Shown here piece after piece: positions 51,271 to 63,514 of a stretch of 64,000 nt of DNA (position 1 is the stretch's first letter; each line of letters opens with the position of its first letter). The DNA lies in the NCBI GenBank assembly GCA_964016885.1, contig OZ024741.1, forward strand, positions 108,190,001-108,254,000, given 5' to 3'. Origin of the DNA: Eledone cirrhosa (Eukaryota). A model generated the notes under the pieces. It was not told the origin of the DNA and ran no database searches. It was given only the letters and a program-made list of their open reading frames with translations. The position numbers and the translations under genes are program-made.

Positions 51271-51636
51271 ATTTATCTTTTTCGGTACGCCCGGCCGACT
51301 AACTTACTCGATATGCAAATTAGGCTGCTCAGCCGTTAATATGCATAAGGAAAGTATATACTTTCAAAGGTTCAATCAACTGACAGGAAGGTATAAGGTG
51401 CTGATGACAGCTATTAAGATAGAAACTAGTTCATCGTTCCTTTGTCAGGGTTGAACAAAAGGGCAACGATGGTTGCCGAATACTGTACGGCTAATAATTC
51501 GAGCTGTTTGTTTACAAACAAACCGAGCATTATAATAAATGTTCGGTAAACCCATACGTACATATATATATATATGTGTGTCCATGTATGTATGCATATA
51601 CATACTACTGTACGTCTGTATACATATATGTATATA
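51271..51636 (+). mobile_element. Family A unit (retrozyme/PLE-repeat-like)
   Basis: Homologous to the reverse complement of 22480-22790; carries a hammerhead. Confidence 0.7.
51397..51435 (+). ncRNA. Minimal hammerhead
   Basis: GGTG-CTGATGA-cagctattaagata-GAA-ACTAGT-T-CATC. Confidence 0.72.
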
Positions 51637-51652
51637 TGAATTAAGTTAGTCC

Positions 51653-51718
51653 TTCATCAGTGATCTTCCAACCTTCATTGGTATTTCATCGCTTTAAAGA
51701 CCATATACCTCCGGTTGG
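51653..51718 (-). ncRNA. Rearranged (pseudoknot + k-turn) hammerhead-like motif, intact
   Basis: CCAACC-GGA-GGTA-TA-TGGTCTTT-aaagcgaT-GAAA-TACC-AAT-GAA-GGTTG-GAAGATCA-CTGATGA-A. Confidence 0.78.
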
Positions 51719-52291
51719 AAACGGCTAAAGAAAGTCGTTGGGACACGTAAATAAGGGGAACGAGCGAGACTGTAAATAATCAAAGATGGTAATGCAACGA
51801 AAAGTGAGGAAGAAGGAGTCAAGTCCCTGAATTCTATGAATATAAGTTCTGTGAAATCGTGGACGAGAGAGAATAAAGATCATCGAACCTAGTCGAAATG
51901 TGAGCAAGGAAGGAATTCCGCACAGGTCAAACGGAGGGAAGAAGAAGTCTAGTCCCTGAATTCGGTGAACATAAGTTCTGTGAAATCGTAGACAAGAGAG
52001 GAAAAAAAGGAACAACCAACCTGGTCAAGTGTGCGCGAGAAAAGAATTACGCACAGGTCAAACGGGAGGAAGTAGGAGAGGGAGTAGCAGAGAGTGAGTG
52101 AGTGAAGGGTGAGGAAGAGGCTAACAGAGAGATTGACTGTTAGAGAGGGTAAAGGGAGGTGAAAGATACAGAGAAAGAGGAAGCAGTAAGAATGAAATAG
52201 ACGGGTCACAGCGGAGGAAAATATGTGTGAATATATAAAACAAAACGTGCTGCGTGGTTGCAAATGGGTTACATATGAATAAAGTTAGTCC

Positions 52292-52357
52292 TTCATCAGT
52301 GATCTTCCAACCTTCATTGGTATTTCATCGCTATAAAAACCATACACCTCCGGTTGG
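52292..52357 (-). ncRNA. Rearranged (pseudoknot + k-turn) hammerhead-like motif, intact
   Basis: CCAACC-GGA-GGTG-TA-TGGTTTTT-atagcgaT-GAAA-TACC-AAT-GAA-GGTTG-GAAGATCA-CTGATGA-A; helix changes are G-U compatible. Confidence 0.78.
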
Positions 52358-52958
52358 TGCGAGGAACGGCTAAAGAAAGTCGTTGGGACACGTAAATAAG
52401 GGGAACGAGCGAGACTGTAAACAATCAAAGATGGTAATGCAACGAAAAGTGAGGAAGAGCGAGTCAAGTCCAAAAATTTCCATGAATATAAGTTCGGTGA
52501 AATCGTGAACGCGAGAGAATAAAGACCATCAAACCTAGTCGAAATGTGAGCAATGAAGGAATTTCGCACAGGTCAAACGGGAGGAAGTAAGAGAGGGAGT
52601 AGCAGAGAGTGAGTGAGTGAAGGGTGAGGAAGAGGCTAACAGAGAGAGTGACTGTTGGAGAGGGTAAAGAGGGGTGAAAGATACAGAGATAGAGGAAGCA
52701 GTAAGAATGAAATAGACGGGTCACAGCGGAGGAAAATATATGTGTGAATATGAAAACAATATATACATAATAAAAAAGATGTTCTCTCTTCATGGCTGAA
52801 TACAATAAACGTAGTCTGAGTATTTTTAATATTAAAAATAATATTGGATTCGTTTGCAATTATGCAAACAGCCTCATTTTTAAAGCCATGTCAATAGAAT
52901 GAGCCTCTCATTCTTGCTCTTGTGTTGGCGCAGTTCTGTTTACATGCCAACACAAGAG

Positions 52959-53021
<63 letters not shown>

Positions 53022-53867
53022 GACACATATGATATTGCGCAGTTCTTTTCTACGAAATTAAGAAATCTTATTCACATGTCAACTCGGTGCTATTATATAA
53101 AACACTAACTGAAGAGGCCAGAGAGCAGTGAGACCGAATCCAGAACCAGACAGCTCAATCTGCGCCTATATAACTATTGTCATTTATTTGTGACTTATAA
53201 ATGTTAATACTAAAAGAAGTTTCACCTAACATTCAGCTTCTTAATTTGTCATTAGTGTTAATCTTTGAAAAACAATGGCAATCATTTAAATGCCATCCTG
53301 TACAAAATATTTACTGTCGCTTAACGTCGCTAAATATCAGAGTGGAAATATATTAGAGCTTTGTAAGCGTCTAGTCATTATTTTATTGACCATGGCACAG
53401 AGAAAGCGAGAGTAAAAATGTATTCCCCTTATAAGAATTGAAATACAAAACCTGACTCTAATACGAATCTCTAGACTCAATCAGAAGTATAAACGAATCG
53501 GTGGTTCAACCTCATTCATTCCTCTCTCCATCACTCTCTCTCTTTGCTCTTATTGTATTATATACTAGCTGAATTACCCGGCGTTTCCCGGGTTACTTCT
53601 GTTCTTATTCAGATTAGTAAACAATAAATACGAAGATATGTTTTTTTTTCTCATAATTATTTCAAAATATCTATATTTTATTTTTAAAATATCAAAACCA
53701 TTATTAATACTGAGTCTATGTCAAAGAATGTTTGCCCCTTCCCTTTAAATTGTTGGTCTGTTGTCAAATGAAAATGAAGCACCTTGGGGTAAACAATATT
53801 CATTGTGTAATATTTTGTTGGCGTTCAAATGAATAGATTGTTGCTACACACTCACACACATTCACTC

Positions 53868-54830
53868 TCACATACATATACTAAGACAGACACAGTCGAG
53901 AGGCACCTTGCCATCGCCATGTGTCCAAATGTCTTGTGCAAACCTGGCGGACATGTGGTCACCGTGTAGTTGAGTTCTCGTGTTAGTGGTAAGAGTCAGG
54001 GGCGTAACCTGTCGCCACAATGGAGAGGATTTAAGGCACACCTGGACTTCATCTGCTCTAGTGCCTTTGGGAATGACGAGCAGAGTCTGTCTGAAATCAC
54101 CAGACAACAGAAGCATTACACTCCCATTGGAGCATGACAATCTCTGATATCTTTAAGGGTTCTATCTACTGCTTCCAGAGCTCCTTTGTGGTCCATAGTG
54201 CACTCATCACACACAATGAGATGACACCGTTTGAGGACCTGACCCTGGCCTGAGCTTTTACTGATGTTGCAGGTAGGCGTTTCAGATGTTGCTAAATTCA
54301 GGAGGAGTTTAAAAGTCGGGTGTGCTGTCCTGCCACCGGGCAGCAAAGTAGCACAATCCCAGAGGAGGCAACAGCTAACGCGATATCCCTATGCTGCCTA
54401 ACTTTTGCAACGAAGATCTTCGTGACAAAGGTTTTTCCTGTCCCTCCAGGTACATCCAGGAAGAAGATAACTCCTTTTCGGTGGCCCACATGGTCGATAA
54501 TAGTGCTGTAAACCCGTTGTTGGTCCGGAAGCAATTGTGGTTCAGTGTCGATAACATATTGGGAAAGAGCATCAATGTCGTAGGATGTTTGTCGAAGGAT
54601 GGCTGTGGAAAGTACGTTTGACCCTGTTCGGAATGTTTGGGCAAGCCATATGTGGGCAAATCATTTCCACCGAGTGAAACAATCCTGTCTTCTATGTCAA
54701 TCAGTGCTCTGTTGTAGCCCTCATGTGAGGGTACTGCAGTTGTGTCAGACGTTTAAAATCTTCCGAAAGATCGTCTCTGTACTTGAACCACAAATGCGAA
54801 GGATTACACAATTCACATGTTTGCAACAAT
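53868..54830 (-). pseudogene. Helitron PIF1 helicase fragment
   Basis: FLDVPGGTGKTF, AVASSGI, LPGGRTAH, IVCDECTM, LSGDFRQTL. Confidence 0.9.
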
Positions 54831-54899
54831 AATTTTAAATATCACACACGTTTAAACATACACTTATCAGAGCCATCATTTATCGTGATGGAGCTAATT

Positions 54900-55565
54900 G
54901 TATCAGATGAAAGAATGGTATTTAACTAATACATCGGTTCGCGATGGGGCCCACCCACAGCCCCGGCGGACAGAATGGAGAAGACGTTTCCCCGGAGGAC
55001 GGCAAGGGAGACGCGCTGGAAAAGCCACTCCAACTCGCGGGGCTCACACCTGCAGCAGGCCAGCTCAGCGCCTATGGTGGTGAATAAGGAGGTAGCCCTG
55101 GGGCCAAAGACACCAGAAGTCTCCACTGCCAGGGGTACGACCACAAACCTGTCGGAGAGCGACCGGTATTTGAGGAGTTTGGCCCCCTTAGCCCGACGTA
55201 CAGCAGAACCTGGGTCAGTCGCAGACTGCACCAGGTTGCGGCTGCAGAAAGTGTCGGTGCAAGTGGCATCCCAGACGAGGGGTTTGCCATCGCGGAACGG
55301 GAAGATGGTCATGCCATCTGGCCTTTTACCGTCCCCTCGATCCAGCCCCACCGGCTTGAGCTGGGAAGGGAAGCCTGTGCCGTCCAAGCCATGTTTAATG
55401 ACCTCGTTGAGGGAAGCATGGCGTGGAATGCGGCCGGCACTGTGGCAACAGAGAAGCGGGTGGAGGCCGAAAGAGTCCACGGTGGAACCGCAGCGGCATT
55501 GGTGTGGCTGGCAGATCCGGAAGCCGAGCCTCAGGGAAACGCCGATTCGCAGGCTATGGTCGTCT
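54900..55565 (-). mobile_element. CRE-clade LINE 3' fragment nested in the Helitron
   Basis: GLHPLLC..RIPRH, GKRPDGMT..P...G..LVWDATC, ETSGVFG, FQRVSLAVLRGN. Confidence 0.8.
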
Positions 55566-56040
55566 TATCAATTTTTCTTTGTTCTGTAAAATCAAAGATT
55601 GTAAAACGACTTATTGTTAAACCTTCAACTGATATACTTTGATCTATAGTTTAAGCCTCTCTCTCTCTTTTCTCTCTCTCTCTCTCTCTGAATATCTAAA
55701 ACTTTAATTGTATCTCTCTCTGTATAACGGCCTATATCTCTCTTTCTGGCTCTCCCTCTGTGTGTCTCAAAAATGATTTTTTTAAAATCGGGTTTTCTCT
55801 TATAGAGGGCGCAGTAGAGAGACATTTGAAACTGTAATCTGTTCGTACGAAGGTCAGGAGCATAACGCATGTTTGTGCCAAATTTGAAGAAAATCGGTGG
55901 CAAGCTGTAGAAGTTACGCGGAAAGAGACACACACACATAGTCTATGTTATACATATGGATATCTCCCTTCTCTGCCATTGTGGTAATCTTTCCTCTTCT
56001 CTCTTTCTCTCTCTTTCTCTCTCTCACACACACACACACA

Positions 56041-56097
<57 letters not shown>

Positions 56098-56439
56098 TCT
56101 CTCTCACACTCTCTCTCTCTCTCTTTCTCTCTCTGTCAGGTGATTGTCTGGAAGGCATGAATATTCAATTTAAAGTAGCTAGAAGAAAAGCTGGTTGAAC
56201 AATCACTATTACTTAATTATATATAATAAAATATATATATTACAAGTGAAACATATTCAGCGACATTTAAGTCAGTGACATTAATTATTTCACGGAGTGA
56301 AAATAGCATCGTGTGAGAATCGAAACTAAATCGTTGAACCTGTTTACATTAGTTTCTAAATATGTGCAGCATGTAAGTTTTTATATGTGTGAATAAGCCT
56401 AAAATATATAAGGTTTCATGTAAACAATATAAATATTCT

Positions 56440-57050
56440 GCTACTGTTATATATATAAGGATCCGTGCTTTGCAACATAAAGTTACGGCCTTTCACGCTT
56501 TGAATTTAAATCCCGCCGCGGTTAGCTTAGGCCTTCATCCTTACGGAGTCGATAAAATAAAGCACCAGTAATACACTGAGGTAATTGTTAGCGTTGTGCC
56601 AAAAAGTAGAAACAATTAGATATGTAAGAATCGGGAGGGCGTCGGACACCATGCTTTGCGGCATACAGTTACGGCCTTTTACGTTCTGAATTCAAATCCC
56701 GCCGAGGTCATAAAGGGCCGTAACTATGCTGCAAAGCATGGCCTCCGACCCTCTACCGTTACTGCCAATCCATTTGACAACAGACCAACAATTTAAAGGG
56801 AAGGGGCAAACATTCTTCGACATAGACTCAGTATTAATAATGGTTTCTGGTTTAAACACAAGACCAACAATTTAAGTGGGAGAGGAATGTCGATTAAATC
56901 GACAGCACTGCGTTACAGGTGCTTCATTTTATCGACCCCGTAAGGATGAAAGTTAACCCCGGCGAGAATTGAACTCAGAACTCAAACGGACATAAGTATA
57001 TGCCACAAAGCATGTTGACCAATACCATACAGATACTGCCAAGTCATCGA
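56440..57050. mobile_element. SINE cluster, both orientations
   Basis: Several partial copies of the 25648 SINE. Confidence 0.8.
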
Positions 57051-57722
57051 TTTAAATGTTTCAATGTCTGTATGTTTGTTTTTTCATTACATTTTGTTAC
57101 CTTCCCAATGTCCATCATGGGATCTTATTTAGATTAAGATTAATACAAAATTACTTAATAACTGTAAATTGATTACAACTGGCAAAGTACAAGGAATACG
57201 TGTTGAAGGAATATAAACATGTTTGACGTGATTGTGTATTCATCCATTGAATTGAATGTATATTTGAGGGAGATATCCAGCGAGAATGAAAGAGATAGAA
57301 GGTGAAACAATTGGATATATATATATGTGTGTGTTGAAAGTGAGAGAGAGAGAGAGAGAGAGAGGGAGAGTATGTGTGTAAATGAGAGTGCGAGAGAGTG
57401 GGATATATATATAGAGAAGATGAAAGAGAGTTGGAAATGGTGAAACATAGAGTGTCTTCGGCACGTGTTGAAGCAGGTGAAAAAAAGAGATTTGGTATTA
57501 GGGACAGGACACGAAAGATGACAACATGCTTCCACAAACTTAAACCTACTTTATCTAAATCTCTGTTTAGTTTAGTTTCTATATTTCATCTTTTATTTGT
57601 TTATTCATATCAATTCAAATCTTTATTTCTTTCTTTTGAAGCTTACAGATTATCCATATATGACATCGAGACACGTGCCTAATTATATTGTTGATCCAAT
57701 TATATATGTATGTATATATACC

Positions 57723-57767
<45 letters not shown>

Positions 57768-58269
57768 GTTTGTTTGTCAGTTTGTCTCCAATCAATGCAA
57801 TTAAAAACCAGTGTTCAAACTTAAAAATCAGATTCAGCAATAGGTTTGCCTTACACTGGACCTATATTGATTTGTTTATATGTTCGTTTGTCTGAGTTTC
57901 AAAAAATAACGTTGGTATCCATGGAGAAAAAGAAACAAAGAACGAAAGCAAAATAAGTGAGGGATACGTGTTCAAACGTCCTATCAACGTATTCAAACGT
58001 CTTTCCTTCTCTCCTGCGTCCAATATATTAGCCGCCCTCTCTTCTATTGGCACCACCACGTGTGGTCATATATTCCTTATATCTCTACTGTGTGGTCATA
58101 TTTACTTCATATTATATATATGTTTGTCACCTCTGCTCGACCTTTCAGGGAGAGCTTCCAATTGACCCATTTCTGGGTGAGAGTGGTTACCCTGGTCGTA
58201 AACTCGAGACAGATTTAGTCCATTTACAGGTCTGTACTATACCGGACCCAGAGAAATTTAAGAATTGAA

Positions 58270-60010
58270 GATAGGGAGTTGAGCTTTTACAACTACCTCC
58301 TTTCATCTGATTACCGAATGCTGAAGCTAGTATATTACTGCACCATTTCCTGCAATTCTTGCACTTAATTCGGTTTCCTCCATTCCATCCCTCGGGAACA
58401 AAGTCAAGATTCTTGAATTTCTCTAGCTGCTTCAGTGGAACTCCATCCACATGTAGAGTCCACTGCGTAGGCTTCCTTGATAGGTCGAGTGTCTCAGTTT
58501 TCGCAGCACTGATTTCCATTCCAGCCAGGCAGCTCTCAGCATCAAACCTATCAGGTTCAAGCCGGAGATCACCATGTCGTCTGCAAATTCCAGCCGACGG
58601 ATTTTATACCTGCCAGTCGTGATACTACTTCCCACCCGGTTGCGTGTGTCAATCAAGCTCATGAAAATAATAAGCAGGAGAGGTGAGAGTACGCATCATT
58701 AACAGAGTCCAACTCCCACATTGAATGATTTTGATTTAGCACTACTTATCCGAACACAAATAATCGGTCATTCCTATAGAGACATCACGGCAACAATGAG
58801 CTGACCATCGAACACATACTCCTGCAGACCCTTACACAGCAGGTCCCGAGGAACACGGTCATATGCTTATTCGAAATCGACAAAACAAGACTATTCTTCT
58901 TGCCAATACTCTCACAATTTCTCGAAGAGCTGGCGCTGTGTGAATATTTGGTCGGTCGGGATGCGTCCGGGGTAAGAACCGCACTGTTCATCAGCTAGAC
59001 TGGACTCGACAATCTCCATACATCGCTTTGCCAGTCACTTAGCATAGAACTTACCGATGAACAATCACTCTTGTCTCCCTTTTTGAAAGTTGGGATATTC
59101 ACTTTCAATTGGCATTTCTATGTGCTTTTCCAGAGAAACAGGCCACTTGGCATACGAGTCAGGCCACCTTCTCTATTAAAAACGTTTAACATTTCGGACC
59201 AGATTTCATCTTCCCCAGCGGCCTCGTCACTTTTGAGCTCTTTAACTCCTCTTGTAACCTCAGCCTCTGAGAGATTACTCACCGCTCCCAGATGCACCTC
59301 GTTTACATCAGAAAATGCTGTTGTGGTCTGTCTTAGGAGATCAGCAATATATTCTCTCCACCTCGCGAGTATGCACCTCGTCGAAGAGAGAAGAACCTCT
59401 GATACGTTCCTGTTTGCAGGTATGGAGGGGGACTTACGATATCGATGGATGATCTGTCAGAACACTTAATTTGCTGATCTGCAGCCGGGTTCCAGCTTAA
59501 CTCCAAATTCCTCTCATGCCTTAACTTTTGACGCCTTACTGCCTCTGCTGCAATTTTTCGTGCGTGCTTGTTCCGACAAGTTCAAGAAGGAGGGCATATT
59601 TCCACGCCAATCTTTGTAGGCCATCTTATTTGCTTGAATGGCATATTTGACCTCTTGATTAAACCAAGGTGTCCTCTTGCGAACCGGCGCCACGCCACGT
59701 CTGTTTTGCTCACACCATTTAACATCTGAAGCAAAACTGGTCAGCTGAACAATCTACACCCTGTCTAAGTTTGCTTAGGGAGCTCTCTGAATTTGTATCT
59801 AATAGTGTTTGCTTACCTGGTCCTGAATTCCTTATGCACCAACGCTTCCCACTATATACTGTAGTTTACCCTAGACCAGCCAGTTTTGTGGGTTTCTTTG
59901 GCATTTCGTAATCTCAAACTGCAGATAACTAGATGTTGATGCGTTGACAGCTTAGCCCTTTCTTAACATGAACATCCAACACAGAATCGAAGAGATCAGT
60001 GACAACAACA
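58270..60010 (-). mobile_element. Decayed RTE-like LINE
   Basis: RLEFADDMV, MEISAAKTE..LSRKP..L.V.G..LKQLEKFK; KRTPWFNQEV and KAAG.DEI-type remnants. Confidence 0.75.
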
Positions 60011-60501
60011 ACAACATTCCCGGCCGATGTATTAATATATATATATTTTTTTTTTTATCGCGGATTTAAGAAATTACTAGTGGCGGAGGTTAGGTCCAAC
60101 TGCCTAGATATAGTCGAGGTTTCCTCAACAAATTCCGTATCTCTGATACTGTAGATTTGGATGTAAGATGGAAACCCCACTATTCAGGTGTAGGGCCAAA
60201 TATGACTGCACCGGCTGACATAATATGTTATGGAGTGAATCCCATGCACGTCATAGCATCTCATCCTGAGGTCCATCTTTAGACAATACCACATCACAAG
60301 TAACACCAATTCACGCTGGACAACAACACACTTCACAACTCCACACTACACACAATGTTACATCAGATCATTCCATAGCACGGAAGACAACAAAACGTGT
60401 CGCACATAGCTATACCACTTCCTAACACACCATGTTAAATACACTACATCACACCATGGAGAACAACGGACCAAACATTACTACACCACACTATATTTTA
60501 C

Positions 60502-60695
60502 AGGGGCGGTGGATTGCCAGTGTCGGTAGAGAGTTGGACGCCATGCTTTCCAGCATAGTTACGTCCCTTTACGGTCTGAGTTCAAATCCCGCCGAGGTTA
60601 ACTTTGCCTTTCATCCTTACGGGGTCGATAAAATAAAGTACCAGTAATGTACTGGGTAATTGCTGGCCTTGTGCCAAAAGTAGAAACAATTATAT
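60502..60695 (+). mobile_element. Full-length SINE
   Basis: Close match to 25648-25835. Confidence 0.9.
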
Positions 60696-61029
60696 TATAC
60701 ACTGTTACACCATAACATTCCATACATCAACGTGTAACACATTTCTAAGCTGCACAAATCTACAGTGTACATCATCACACCACAGTGGACAACAACACAC
60801 TATATTTTACAGCAACAGACTGCATTACAAAATATAACATGAAATAATAAAAACGGAGACTACATTACATCACAACTTACTCCACGCTACCATACTCCAT
60901 CAATTTTGTTGATGTCTGTATGTTTCCACTTGGGTACTCTTATTTATGATTACCTATCTTATTTTATTGTATTTCTTATTTTCCTTCATATACCTCATAG
61001 ATTTTCCCAATCCTTTTGTATATATATAG

Positions 61030-61174
<145 letters not shown>

Positions 61175-61889
61175 CATACACTCATACATATATATATATA
61201 TGAATATATATATATATATATATACATACATATAATATATAATACATATATATATATATAATATTTATACATACACACACATATATATAAATATATATAT
61301 ACGTGTGTGTGTGCGTCTGTGTCTCGCCATTTATTCCTTATCACAAAGCTTTTTATCAATCAGCCACACTGTCTTTACTATATTTCTATATGTCGCAATA
61401 TTTCTCATTTTCTAATCAGCCCATCAAACACTTCTACAACAAATGTATTTATATACACACGTACGGTCATATATAAACACACATGTATATACAAACGTAC
61501 ACATAAAAAACATATATTCTGTCTCATATAGACATAGCCACATATGCATTGGTGCAATATATTTGTCTCATATATACACACACACACACACACCTATATA
61601 TATATGAAAATTAGAATTGGTATATATATATATATATACATATATACATATATATATATGCACTTATATATATACATATATACATATATATATGCACTTA
61701 TATATATACATACAACATACAAAGATATATATACTCACACCCGGACACACGCATACCCTCACACAGATATATATATATGCATACTGTTGTTACTTGGACT
61801 TTCGCACGAGCAATTTCTCAATAAATAGTCTATAAAAAAGTTGTCTAATAAAACTCGGAGTTACAATAATTGTAATTGCTCTTATTATA

Positions 61890-62240
61890 TATAAGGATCC
61901 ATGCCCTACAGCATAGAGTTACGGCCCTTTACGGTCTGAGTTCAAATCACGCCGAAGTTAACTTAGCCTTACACAGTCGATAAAATAAAGCACCAGTAAT
62001 TCTCTGGGATAATTGCTGGCCTTGTGCCAAAAGTAGAAACAATTATTATTGGTGGATGGACTGTATCGGTAGAGTGTCAGACAAGATGCTTTGCAGCATA
62101 GACAAGTGGCCCTTTACGTTCTGAGTTCAAATCCCACCGAGTTTAGCTTTGCCTTTAATCGTTACGGGGTCGATAAAATGAAGCACCAGTAATGCACTGA
62201 GATCGATTTAGTCAACTTCCCCTTCCCTCAAAATTGCCTA
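61890..62240 (+). mobile_element. Two tandem SINE copies
   Basis: B box and GTCGATAAAAT..CCAGTAAT core twice. Confidence 0.8.
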
Positions 62241-62299
62241 TAGTAATCATTTATATGCACACTTAGATGCCCACATACATATTCTCGCACTCTTTGACG

Positions 62300-62378
<79 letters not shown>

Positions 62379-62975
62379 ATGTATATGTGTGTGTGTTTGT
62401 ATATATATGTTCATATGTGTGTAGATTATATGTTTATCATACATATATATATATATATATATATGTGTGTTAATATGTATGAATGTATGTATGTATATAA
62501 TCATGTATGTATTTATGGTGTATGTATTTGTGTCTGTGTGTCTTTTCATGTCCACTTCAAGTAGACTTTGAGTTTTGCGTCAGTGATTTCTATCTTGTTT
62601 CTCTGCCGCTTCAGCAGTTTAGATGTTTTTCCTTCTAAAGAGCTGATTATTGCCAGAAGATGTCTCCACTAGAAACATACCGAAACACAGAACGTCAGCG
62701 AGCAAGTGTTTGAAATAACCATGGACAAACAGCTTTGTCAGACAGACACTGCACACACTTTTAACAACCAGTGACAATGTCTATGGCATTGATTTCTATA
62801 ATTTATAATAATTATCTTCCGCTGCCATTATTTGCATCTGACATTTGAGAAAGTCGTTTTGGGAATATACTTCAATTAAGATCGAACTTGTTTCACTTTA
62901 GTTTTGCCAATTTTATTGAATTCTTTTCATTTCTATAGTTCTACTTCCACTCCACATTCACTCCACATTATTCTC

Positions 62976-63064
<89 letters not shown>

Positions 63065-63069
<5 letters not shown>

Positions 63070-63183
63070 AACAAGTAGGACCCCGATGGCTGAGCTCAAG
63101 CCGTTTCGACGGCTAATTCTGGAGTCCAGAATTAGCCGTCGAAACGGCTTGAGCTCAGCCGTCGGGGTCCTACTCGTTCCTAT
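63065..63183. repeat. 59-bp-arm hairpin built from the 3' half of a hammerhead
   Basis: 1-nt spacer at 63124; 2 mismatches; contains GAAA-CGGCT-loop-AGCCG-TC. Confidence 0.85.
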
Positions 63184-63259
63184 TACCCACTCTACTACCC
63201 TAAGTATTGAGTACTTTGGTGCGTTATGGTCCACCTGGTTCCTTACCACATTTCCTTCG

Positions 63260-63319
<60 letters not shown>

Positions 63320-63349
63320 CTTTCTGTATTTGTCAAAAGGCAGGCAAGT

Positions 63350-63495
63350 TGAGGGTAAAAGGAAAGACGGTTAAAGCGACTCTATGAGGAAGAAAAATGA
63401 AGCTAACCTCGGTAGGATTTAAACTCAGAACGTAAAGAGGTATAACTATATGCAGCAATGCATGTTGTCCGATGTTCTACCAATCCACTGGCCAT
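63350..63495 (-). mobile_element. Diverged SINE
   Basis: AACCTCGGTAGGATTTAAACTCAGAACGTAAA. Confidence 0.65.
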
Positions 63496-63514
63496 CTAAT
63501 GATGATAATAATAA

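Larger units (their letters stand above)
51640..52760 (-). mobile_element. Family I tandem repeat (period 639) with rearranged hammerheads
   Basis: TCATCAG at 51654 and 52293; long direct repeat; related to family E around the motif. Confidence 0.8.
53565..55960 (-). mobile_element. Internally deleted Helitron with both termini
   Basis: 5' A|TC at 55960; 3' hairpin ACCCGG..CCGGGT (53576-53593) then CTAG|T; PIF1 remnants in sense orientation. Confidence 0.85.

Noticed and set aside
53105-53145. CTGAAGA-GGCC..GACC-GAAT
   Set aside because: GAAA and the stems are imperfect, and it is a single copy.
62570-62960. Unique-looking sequence as a possible host exon
   Set aside because: No sustained ORF or recognisable domain; cannot be supported.
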